A stretch of DNA of 62,955 nucleotides, the filler included, from Choristocarpus tenellus KU-1152 (Eukaryota; Protista; Phaeophyceae), in assembly GCA_964200185.2 (NCBI GenBank). It is 7 parts of 7 records of this genome, joined end to end, with 100 filler letters (N's around TTAATTAATTAA, not from the genome) between each part and the next. Parts side by side here need not be neighbours in the genome. Positions count along the whole stretch, not along the records: positions 48,618 to 58,271 come from CAXNAD020003501.1; positions 58,372 to 62,955 come from CAXNAD020013911.1; 5 more parts are not named here. One strand, given 5' to 3'. Under the pieces are notes generated by a model. The model ran no database searches. It was not told the origin of the DNA and saw only the letters and a list, made by a program, of their open reading frames with translations. Positions within the stretch are counted from its first letter, which is position 1. The number at the start of each line of letters is the position of its first letter. Positions 48,951 to 60,244 of the stretch are shown here, piece after piece. Position numbers and translations under genes: made by a program.

Positions 48951-50991
48951 CTCAGAGGTTACTGACTGGAGGTATCGGGCCAGGGACTTTCTCCCTTCAA
49001 CCCAAAGCCAATGAGCAAGTCGATAGGTTGACAGGGCGTGAAAGCCCTTGTGGAAGAGCAAGATGGTGAGGATGTCAGGGACAGAGTTATCTCTCATGGC
49101 AGTCGCAAGAAGGTCTTGTGACACCACTGCAGAGATGCCGGGGCACTCTTCAAACATATCACCCATCAGTAGATTCAACTTCACCCCACCCCCCACCACA
49201 ACATTTCCCCGGATTAATCCATCGCGTGTGGAATTTATTTGAGAACATGACAAGCAAATGCGTTTGGGGCAGAATCAGAGTTGTAGTTCTGGGTTGGGAA
49301 GAAATGTGAGAGTTGAATAGTTCAGAATCTCAAGGAAGGGAAAGGGGGGGGGCAATGACATGATGTCTTGGGTTATCAGGTGCACAGCATCTGCTCCTAA
49401 TTTTTTGCACAGGGCTCGGTGTGGCAGGTTCGGTAGGTCAGCAAACACATTGCACTTGCTTTTTCGGTGCATTCTGCCTGGCCTAAGTCGTCGGATTGTT
49501 TTGGCATACTGTCTGAGGTAAGATATGGTTGTGGAAGTACTATTTCTTGCACCCCTCTTTCTTTTGTCTTCAAACATACTTTGAACTACTTGTTTCACTT
49601 TTTTTTTTCGGGGGGCATGGTGGGTGTAACATCCCAGGAACCACGTTGTACCTGGTTCTTAGGTGTATGTCACAGTAGTCTATACATCACCTTGGGAAAC
49701 AGTCTCAAAAGTCGTTCACTTGTGGCAGCAGTTTTGCTGAAACTTTAGTAAACCCCTGGGATATAGAGAAGTAGCCAGTGTTGATTACCTTTGGGTAAAT
49801 TGAAGTTCCAATAGGTTTCCCCCGTATCCCTTTTCCTTCTGGTGGTCTTTCCAGGTAGTACTTCGATAATCTATTTTCTTGGCACGGTTGGTTTTTTGCA
49901 TTAACTCTAGAGCTATACACACGAATAGATAAAGTACTAAAATTGTCAATGACCACAGGTTTGATATGGTCCAACAAATGATATATAGCTATCCTACGCG
50001 CAGTCCCAAGATCTGCATCTTCCTCAACTCTGGCTGTGTTACTCATCACTATATCCACAGGCGATAGCAACATTTCCGTCATGTTTTTTGGCTTTCATTC
50101 ATCCCTCTGTTGCCCAAGGGATTCTCCTTCCACTGTGCCCGCCAGAGAAAGGACAGAATACAGCAATACCTCACTTGCACCCAAGAACGTTGTTGCCATC
50201 TTGTTGCTGATGTCAGATGCCACAGCGTCCTCGAGCGATTCACGGGCTAGCACAGAACCGTGTAGATTTGAAGACACCCTTGACTGCTTCGTCGCAATCC
50301 GTCCCTGCCCATGACGGTTTGCGAGGGTGTGGGTGCAGGAAGAAGAGGGAGCTCGCGAGTTGGCACGATGACAACGAGTTGGCGCGAACAGGGGATTCAG
50401 AAAATGACAAGTCTTCCTTCAAGTAGTGTGTGAGTGGCAGCGAGCAAAATTACATGGAGGGCACAGCAAGCGGACAGCGCAGCATGGAGAACCACAAAAA
50501 GAAGATGCAAAAGGACGTGAATCATAGCTGTCGATTCTCAGACATGAAGGCAACTAGCTCAGAAGTACCTCCAAGCGGATCAAATCCCACACTGGATCTT
50601 CGCTCTTGTGCAACAATTTCACGAGGTCGACCAGCGTAAGGATCTCTGGATCTTCCAAATCTTCCATATACAAATTCCTCGTTACATCATCAAGTGACGA
50701 CGCCCTCAGTCTATCCTCATTTAAAGGATTCAACATCGCGTCCTGCCCCAAAACGGCATCATTGCCTCCATGAAGCACCAGCAACATCCGATCAATCCCC
50801 GCGTTACTTGAACGCCTGTCTCGTCGACCTGTCCACTGTCCACCTACATCCTCGAGGGATCGACGAATCGCGATTGCAGGAGCAGAAGGGACGAAGCCAG
50901 CAATGTGATTCTTGCGACAAGCACAGCGACCATGGGAAACCTGATAAAGTAGAGCAACAGTCAGAGCTCCCCTTCCGCGCCTCCTCGTCAT
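48951..50991 (-). CDS. SAT: Serine O-acetyltransferase (SAT/CysE family), 5' part, probably plastid-targeted
   Basis: Exons 50991-50569, 50304-50170, 49178-48951 give DPVWDLIRLE|GRIATKQSRVSSNLHGSVLARESLEDAVASDISNKM..E|LNLL..QDLLATAMRD..LLFHKGFHALSTYRLAHWLWVEGRKSLARYLQSVTSE, the SATase_N domain. The left-handed beta-helix C-terminus is lost in the gap. Confidence 0.9.
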
Positions 50992-51614
50992 AATGGTAGT
51001 GGGACGGTCGAGAGCAAAATTCAGAGAACGTGCGGACAGAGACAAATTCGCTCAGTCCTTTGTCGCGTTACTTTGTTGGTTAAAAGGAACCTAACACAGA
51101 GTTGACATCGTCTTCCTTCGTTCTATTTTATACTACTCCTAGAACTACTGCTGTGTTTAAAGGTTGCATCATCGCCAACATACATCACAACATTACATTA
51201 CAATACTGTATATGATATACAATTAAGAAATCATAGATCATAACAAAATAATCTATAAATTAAGAAATTGTGAATCAAGTACTTATTACAAAAATTGACC
51301 TCATTATTATTGTGTTGTTGGTTGTGTGTTGTGTAGAATTATCTGATGCAACAAATAAAAAACAAGGTTTTGTAATCACTTCCCCCATTCTCTTCGAGCA
51401 CAATATTCATCCAGAACCCTGTAATCACCACCACCCTCAATCCCAGCTGATCAAAGCATAACACAAGGGAGGGCAAAAGTAGCAGAGAGTAAATTTTTAC
51501 CGCCCATCGCCAAGCTTGGTTTCTTTTGTCGCTAGCGTTTTGCTCGCATCGAATTTTGTGGATAGGAAGCCGTAGGTTCCTTCCTTAAAGTTCCTTAAAC
51601 ACAACAGAAGCAAG

Positions 51615-54600
51615 ATGAGCGTCGAATCGTGCCCCACCTCCGCTGCCTTCTTCGGCTTCATGGGTGTTGCCTCGGCCATGGTATTTGCTAGTGAGTTTTG
51701 CGCATAGTGTCCCTGTGGTGGTTCGTCGGTCGTTGTTGGTCATGACATCTGTCTGGGCCAATTACTATGGGGTTGGCTGACTGTGTGGTGGAAGGGGACG
51801 GGGAGAACATGGCGCAAGCGTGGTCTCTACTGCCATTAGTGTGGAAATTCAGTGCTAGGGTGAAGTGATCTTGTTCTTGACAGAGTGTTTCCCATCTCAT
51901 ATTCGATCTTTATCACATTTCTTCGCAATTACGTTCTCTCTTTCTGCGGGACTTAGAGCAGTACTTGTTGCAACAAACATTTTACTATATCAGACTCTTT
52001 CTCTCCATTTCTCTCTCTCACACGCCCAGAACTGTGTTTGATTACAAAAATGTGCTTTGGTCGTGATATTTCCCTGACTGGTCTGCTGTGGTTTTCTGGT
52101 ATTCCTTTTTGTAAGCCCGCCATGCCTTCCTTAAGCTCAGAATCAATGCGCCATGATTCCCCGTCATTATCTGGGTATGATGTGACATTAAGAATGGTCG
52201 TCATTGAATGCATCGTAATGAGGGACCTAAAGAGGCAAACAATGGATTGGATGACGTTCTTGGCGGTTAGACACATTTTCTCTGGAGTAGTCACCGGTTT
52301 TTTTTCAAGTACCTCTATTCCCAAGAGATGACAGTTGATTTGAAGGGAGAATTGTAAATGTGTTAGTTTGAGGTAGGAATTCACTGACAATCGTGGCATT
52401 TAGTGTGAAGTTATTGGGCTTCACTCTTTCAAAATTGATACAGGTCATATATCAGAGAGTTCTTTCCCCCCAAATATCAGCTTTTCCCTTTAAAAAATTG
52501 CTGTCATGGTTTGTTTTTTGTTGCGAATAGGTTTTCTAAGTTCTTTTTACTACTTCTGAAGGCTATCACGCTCAATTTTCAATGATTGGGGACACATCCA
52601 GTGCTTGTATTGGTACATTTTACCCGTTTCCGATTTGGTCAGTGGATCATTCTAAAATCTCTTGTGGCACGCTATATATGTCCACTCCTAGTCCATTTTA
52701 TTTTAATTTAATTTTCAACAGTACTCTTCCTTTAACCCACTTAAAAACTGTGCTTTCTTCTCTCCCTTTTTTGTCAATAGACATCGGTGCAGCATACGGC
52801 ACAGCCAAGTCTGGTGTGGGTATCTCATCTATGGGTGTTATGAACCCTGGACTGGTGATGCGTAACATCATTCCAGTGGTCATGGCAGGTGTTCTCGGTA
52901 TCTACGGATTGATCGTTGCTGTTATCCTCCAGGGATCCAGTGAGTTGGGGCACCCTTGACACTACAAAACAGAATTCTTTCCCCTTAATTGTGTTGTTCC
53001 ATCTTTTTCGGTAAGGTGTTTTCACCTTTAAACAAAGAAACACCAGTACGATATGTTAGAAACAATCTCTGTGCTCGAGTCTGAGTTGACTTCTGTTACC
53101 CCTTAAACACCAAATTTTCAGCAACTCGATGAGAATAAGTGATCAATGAGAATGCATTTTCATGTCTGCGTTAACACAATGGTGTGGCAAGGTGCTTCAC
53201 GAACAGTGTTATGCACTGTACCTTTAGGTGATGTGAGTAGAGGACAAGCAGAAACGAGTGATAGTCTTGCGGCAATCAAGGTTACTAGGTTACTTGTGAC
53301 TGGCTGGGACATTGCAGTGTTTAGTTGTTTGAGTAGAATGACTGATCTCGAATGCAGCAACTGATGGTAGGTTGTCCTTGCTTTTTTAATTCTACTGAGA
53401 TTTTGCTCTTAACTAAGTCAACTGTTAAGTGGTGAAATACATAGCTTAAGAATGTTTTTGATGCATATTGTGGTGTTTCATAAGAACGTTGCCACTACAC
53501 AAGTTAGATTTCCTTTTTACTCTGCTCATTTGCAATCTTCTATCTAGCAGATGTGTGTGGCTTAGAATATTAGTGGTAGTAATCCTTCTGTGACATGGAT
53601 AGAATGAATAGTGAGCTACATTAGCAAAAACAATGCCAGATTTTGGGATTTTACCTGGGCATCTGTCTTCTGTGCCAGCTGGAAATGAAAAACCCTTCAA
53701 TATCCATCTTATCTCTGGAGACTCTCCTCCTCACAATGAGTAAATGATTTCATTCTGGACATTTTACCACACAGGGCACTATGTTTCATATGTATTGTCT
53801 TTTTTTGTAAGAAAATAGATTCATATCTCCCATTCAGAAAAGAAATTTCCAGTTTTTCAGAAATGAAATACATGGAGGGAAATTGAAATAATCCAGTGTA
53901 AGCAGTCTAATTAATGTGACTTTCTTGTATTACCGAACAAGTGTAAAGCACATATAGAACCATTGTGCTCTTTTGTATGATGTGATACAGTTTTCTCACT
54001 CCTGTTGCCACTTGATATAATTTTGGTTCCCTGTGTGTGTGTGTGTGTCAGTCACCATGCCTGACTCTTCGGGAACCAAGTTCTCGTCCTTCTCTGGATA
54101 CGCCTTCCTGGCTGCCGGTCTTTGCTGTGGCCTCAGGTAAGAAGTTATTTAAGTATTTAAGATGTGGAATAGTTTCAAATTGTCGATCAGATTTGCTATG
54201 TTCTAAGCGTATTCTGTGATTTTCATTGAATAAATGTAGATATTTTGTAGATTGAATGTTTATGGAAGCAACTGAAAGAGTTTGAAGTGGGGTAATATTT
54301 TTTGTGTATATTATTCTTGCCTCAGTTGTCTCTAATATATATATATATATACGAAAGAGTATGAGGTGTTTGTCCCCCTCTGTTATCATCAAGAGTCACA
54401 CGACATGCTTGTAAGACATTTTCCTGTCCATGAATGATCTATTATTGGTAGTTGTTGTGCTACCATGAGCATAAAAAAAACTTGCTCCTGGCCATGTGCA
54501 TCGACTATTGCTTTTGGATTTGCTTCACCAACCTCGCACCTACCACGCTTCCTATGTTGAAAAATCGTAAATGGCAACAACAGTGGCCTGGCAGCAGGTA

Positions 54601-54761
54601 TGGCCATTGGCATTGTGGGCGATGCAGGTGTTCGTGCTGTGGGTCAGCAGGAGCGTCTGTTTGTGGGCATGATCCTTATCCTCATTTTTGCTGAAGCCCT
54701 GGGACTTTATGGTCTTATCGTGGCCCTGATCCTCTCACAGCAGTCATATGAATGTTCTTAG
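51615..54761 (+). CDS. ATP6V0C: V-type H+-ATPase 16-kDa proteolipid subunit c, complete, 4 exons
   Basis: Exons 51615-51690, 52781-52939, 54052-54136, 54584-54761. [75 protein letters not shown], with the conserved Glu. Confidence 0.97.
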
Positions 54762-57737
54762 TTGGTGTTCTTTGATGGATAAACGAGTCTTTATACCCGT
54801 TTACTGTGTGCTTGTGGTTTCTATACGCTTGAGGCAGTACCAATTGTGGGGGAGAAAGGAGGAAAAAGGCGGGGGTGTTGGTTGTTATTCTGTGTCTGCT
54901 GATTGACAGGGCCTTTTTTGAGAGCAGATTTCTGCTGGTTCCCAATTTGCATTATTGAATGAGGCGTGGTGTGATTGGGTGGAGAGGTATCTTGATGTGT
55001 GCATGGTTGGAATACGGGGGGGAGTATGGTAAAAAAGGAAAGGATACCATGTATGATCTTTCTTTTTCTTTTGGTGTGAGTGTTGTCACAACAGCAGGGA
55101 ATTGTTCCTTAATTTTTTTTGCTTGATTTCTCCCTTCCTCAGCCTCTTTGCTGTGTGCTTTTCCCTACTCCCCTGCTTAAAACACTCCTACCATAGACTG
55201 TGTTTTACCACATTTTTACCTTGAAGGCATCTGTGACTTGGTGATTAATGTTGATACATTTCATCTTGGTGATTGTGCCCATCCGCTCCACGTCCCCATG
55301 AGGAGATTGCCCCCAGGGTCTTGTCTCGGTGACTCTCTTGGGATGGGTTGAATTCGTTTATCAACATTTCATCGAAGCCTTAGCGAAGGCTGCATGGCCT
55401 GGAAGAGAGCTACTGTAGAGTTTTGATGATGTGCTGTTTATTAATAGTGGGATTGATTTCCCATCAGAATTCTCATTTTCGCTCGTGTGGGGAAGATAGA
55501 TTAGGACAGGCAGATCATAAATGGTCAGCTAACACTAGTGTGCTACCATCAGCTGGTGGAAAGTGTAGATGTGTTATGTTCCTGTTACTCATCCTATAGT
55601 TGAATCAATAAATGAAGGTTAAAAGATGCACTACTAATATCTTGTTACACCACAGAATGGCAATTGTGATTGGATTGCTGAAATGGAGAAATCTATCGAA
55701 ACTATTGTTTACATGTATATTGTAGTTCATTATTGTTAAGGTTTCCATGGACAGACCTTGTTCACTTAATCTCCAGGTAGGTATAGTATGAAGTTATTGT
55801 AGCCAGCTGTTTGCTTTACCACATGCTTTACCAGGTGATGTTGAGCTGTGACTTGAGTAAGGCCACTTACCTAGGTATTTTATTGGTTTGAAGACTCATG
55901 TTCACAGCACATGTGTCCCTTACACCAAACACTGCCACACTATACTCTTGAGCAAGTGCCAGGCATGCTTGAATCACAGGGTAGAGTTGCTGGCATATTT
56001 CAAGTACACAAACGGCGATACTACTGGAAACTTATGGTATTAGGTAGTGTTGAAGTATCCCACACTGGACCTGCGGCTTTGGTGCTTTGACGAAGGACAA
56101 TGAACAGCTTAACGTAGGATATGCAAAGTTAATATTACAAAGGGCTTACGGTCTACGATACCGCCAATTGAACACGTGGGTGAGACAAGTATACACTGCC
56201 ATGTGGGATTTGAAACTTCCACATATATAATCAGAAAAAAATCGTAACTACTTAACATACGTGCCATGTATGATACATAAATGGATGATCCAATATCAGG
56301 TCCCTTCCATACATGAACATTGTGTATATCTCAACTGAAATACACGGAAACATGTATCTGGCTCCTTTACACCATTACTCCACCAGTGGTGTCTGCATTT
56401 CCTAGTCTACTCTACCGATGGTGTCTATAGTGTATCAGCAGCACTGTCTAGGATCAAGTATTTTGTATTCCATGATTCAACTCTTTTTGTTATTATTACT
56501 TAGGGTTAGGGTTAGTTAACTGTACTAGCATTTTGCTCACCCTACAATTCAGGATGCTACAAATATTGTTTAATTGGGACATCTATGGAGGTTACCATGC
56601 ACATGTGTAAATTGATTTGGAGATGTGATCTGGAGGTGAACTCCAAAATGTGATGAATGATGTACCTGTAATGAAGTGGGTCTTCACACTTTTTGATGAC
56701 CAGTTCTATTATAAAGCCATTATTGATCTACCCTTGTATGTGGTTAGAGTCTCCAGCCTCTCTTTCTCTAGTCGAGTGAGGGTGAACAACAATCAAATTA
56801 TACAGAGGTCTCAAAAATAGACATGGATTTTTTTTTTAATGCTGTCTCTATTTAACTCTTTACATATATAGATAGTGTGGACAAAACCCGACCTATTATA
56901 GACGTAATTGTACGTGATCGCTGTCGATGTCACCTGAACCTGTAATCAGCACCTCCAAAAAGGTGTTGAGGTACACAGTTAGGGTGGTAGATAAGGATTG
57001 AAAATAGATAACCAGTTTGTGGTCGAAAAGGGTATAGCACGGGGTAAGAAAGACGGCTTCGAGTGCCAAACGTTCCAAACCTGCCTACTTCTGTTAGTTT
57101 GGCTCTTTCGAAAGGTTGCTGAAAACGATCTGTGTTGGGCACAGATTAAATGTCCCTGAAATCTCGATGATCTTGTGACCAAAGGGGTGCATCGGAAGAT
57201 ATGAGCCTTTCCCCCCGGTGACCAGTTCAGGTCATACTGTATGACTCCTGATCAAGTTTTGTGCTTCTCTTTGTGGAAAAGAGGGTAGGGGGGAGTCCTA
57301 GGCAACCGCCATGATCAAGAACTGGAGCACAGAGATGACCATGACATACTTCTACCTCTCCATATTACTGTCTGTAATCATTGCTGAAATCCCAGATGTC
57401 CTCCATTGTATGGGTCTACATGCAGACAGCTACTTATTATCACTCTGGAGTTGTTTTCTTGTACATGACAATTGGTTCCTCAACTGCCGTCCTTTTTTGT
57501 AGCAGAGTCAAGAGGATCCTACTCAAACATCCTACATAAGGATAATGAAGTCCACATTGTGAACACAAGATTGATCCGCTAGATATTGTCCATTGATGAA
57601 ACAAGACAATTCTTAGGTACAACTTAGGTACAAGTTAGGTACAAGTTAGGTACAACACCAAAAATTACCAATGTTTTCAGGTTCAGGAGAACAGTCAAGT
57701 GTCAGGTACAGACAAGTATGGATTTACATTCCTTCTC

Positions 57738-57797
57738 AGTATATATGCTTCAACAGTATATAAGCTTCAACAGTATATATGCTTCAACAGTATATAT
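57738..57797. repeat. 17-bp tandem repeat (about 3.5 copies)
   Basis: agtatata(t/a)gcttcaac repeated; a 10-bp ttaggtacaa x4 array lies nearby at 57613-57655. Confidence 0.8.
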
Positions 57798-58202
57798 CAA
57801 TTGTCTTGTTTGCACTTCGCAGTATATATGCTTCAAGTCTTGTTGGCACAACCTTGGCATTTCTCTGTCAACAGTGTGGTACTGAACTCGGCTGCATTGT
57901 CATCCCACCTTACCCCTCGGTTATTTCCTCACTATTCAAACACCATACGCTAGAATAGTATTACATATGCTCAAAATTGGTTGGCCTACACGCACACCTA
58001 CTTATTCACTGAGATATCAAGTATCTGTGACCACCCCAGTACCTACCTATTCCACCAATCCTGACCAATCCTTGGGTGAGAGTTCATTGCTAAGGCAAAG
58101 GAGAGGTTAGTAGATGGTGCTGTGAACATCTCAGTGCCTACACCGGCTTGGACCAATCTTGAAGACAAGTTGTCAATTTTTTAATACGAAGGAGAAGAAG
58201 GG

Positions 58203-58271
58203 GGCTCAAAGTATCTGGGGGGGGGGGGGGGGGGGGGGGGGTGGGGCGTTCGGGTGTTGAGTGATTGTTGT
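58203..58271. mobile_element. Poly-G MITE (family B) terminus at contig end
   Basis: GGCTCAAAGTATCT-(G)n. Confidence 0.7.
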
Positions 58272-58371
58272 NNNNNNNNNNNNNNNNNNNNNNNNNNNNN
58301 NNNNNNNNNNNNNNNTTAATTAATTAANNNNNNNNNNNNNNNNNNNNNNNNNNNNNNNNNNNNNNNNNNNN
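58272..58371. other. Artificial contig spacer
   Basis: N44-TTAATTAATTAA-N44. Confidence 0.97.
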
Positions 58372-58396
58372 CTCCCCCCCCCGGATACTTTGAGCC
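58372..58396. mobile_element. Poly-G MITE (family B) terminus at contig start
   Basis: (C)n-GGATACTTTGAGCC. Confidence 0.65.
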
Positions 58397-60244
58397 AATA
58401 CCTTGAACGTGCAGCCCTCTCTATGGAAGTCAAGAACACCAAAAGAAAATAACCAAAAATCTTTCCCCATGCACAACAATCATCAGCCTTGAACATAGAG
58501 AAAACATTAAATTGTTGGACTAAGTGTCATAAATCTCTGTCATCTTCCCCGAGTAAGGAGTTGTACTCAATGTTGCGGAGTTCAGTATTCCCCTCGACCT
58601 CCGCAACTCAAACCAGTTGAATCTCACCTCTTGCTCAAAATAAAATGTTGTAGGGGTCCGGTGAGTAACAGTATGTCACCCATCATTGAATATGTCAGTT
58701 GGCGATGGTATTGCGAGGCAGATTCAATCTGTTGAAGATCCTGCCATCTATTTTGTGAATGAGTAAATGCGGAGAAAAATTCGATATCCTTCTGGATACG
58801 ATGCTTCCACAACAATGATTTTACTACTTGAAAGTATAATACACATAACCCCTTCATCCTATCTTGTCGCTGCCCTAGTTGCTCCTTCTTGGTTCTGTGC
58901 TGCTCTAAGAGAAGGTTGAACTATACCATACTCTGCGATTACTCTCCTACATTGATTGCCCAGGTCACATTTGAATTTCCTCGCTAGCCTGTTATGGGAT
59001 ACGAGTGAAGGATGTTCAGAGACAAAGCAGTAGCCATACCCGTCAGATGTCAGACAGTTGTGCCAGTTGTACAGCAGTGTACCACTCGAATAATGTGCGG
59101 CTAATGCTAAGTTCCTAATACAGCGTTGAATATGGTAACATTGGATTCCGTACTTACTGAAAAGTTGTCATTGTCACACACAAAAAGCAGTAACACAATC
59201 CTCACCATTTATAATACGCCAACCATGCCACACGCTGTGTCTGATGTCATTAGTGCTTGATTTGAACACCAGAGACATCAGTACACAAGTAGATTGCACA
59301 AGATGATATGGATAGGACACACTACATGTACTGGGGCTCTTGGTGGACAGACTTTGGTAAGCTCAACAACCTCAAAAGTGTCGCCCTTTAAACAGCATAA
59401 AGGCCAAACCTTGTGGAATGCACAGAGTAGTCCTGTCCGAAATAGGACAATCGTCAGGCGTACCCTATTTTGTGTATGTGAGATTGTGGTATTGGATTGA
59501 ATTTATGTGATGTAACTAATGAGATAATTCATCTGGATTTTGTATGGAGTTTGGTATTGCAATTGAACTACCAACCACAGTCGGTGTACCTATATAAGAG
59601 AGGGTAGGAGCAAGCAAAAAATCCCTCTCTTATATCCCGATCCTCTCTTATTGTATATAACAACGCTTTCTCTTAAAGAGAGGGATCGTGATAAGAGAAA
59701 CCTATTTTACATCGAGCAAAAGTGGTCGTAGGTACTTTATACTTGTGTTTGAACGATGACAGAGCAACACCCTTGCTCTATGTGCTTCCCATGTGCCTTC
59801 AAGAGTAGTTATATGTAGATATGTATTGAACATTGCCCTCCGTGAGCCCATTTCGATGGAGCTATGGTGGTGCAGCAAAGCACCACATCTACATCTACCC
59901 CACCCCTTGACAGTATACCAATGTCATATTATACTGTACTATAACTTGGGTAAAATTACACTCATTACGATGTATTCACTCATATGTATACTACACCTTT
60001 CCAAGATAAGCATCCGCAAGCCGTTGGATGACTGGACAGATGACTCGTAGTTCTAATCAAATCAACGTTCAAAGCCAATCTCCCTCCAATGACCTGCCCT
60101 ACGCATTCAATTGCACTCTACAAGGATATTATACAGTACAGTACCAAAACACCAACCTGGATCAAATGTAGCTGCATCACCATGCACCTCCCATTGCACG
60201 CACTGAGAAAAACAGCTTATTCACTAATAAAAAAATCACGACTG

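Noticed and set aside
49705-50094. 125-aa minus ORF as a SAT exon
   Set aside because: Exon 2 joins exon 3 in frame with proper SAT spacing without it.
51953-52399. 148-aa antisense ORF inside VHA-c intron 1
   Set aside because: No recognisable motif; likely chance or a decayed repeat.
59578-59702. CAGT-starting segment with tataagag/ctcttata repeats as the pogo TIR
   Set aside because: Plausible, but I could not find the matching opposite TIR or a TA TSD.
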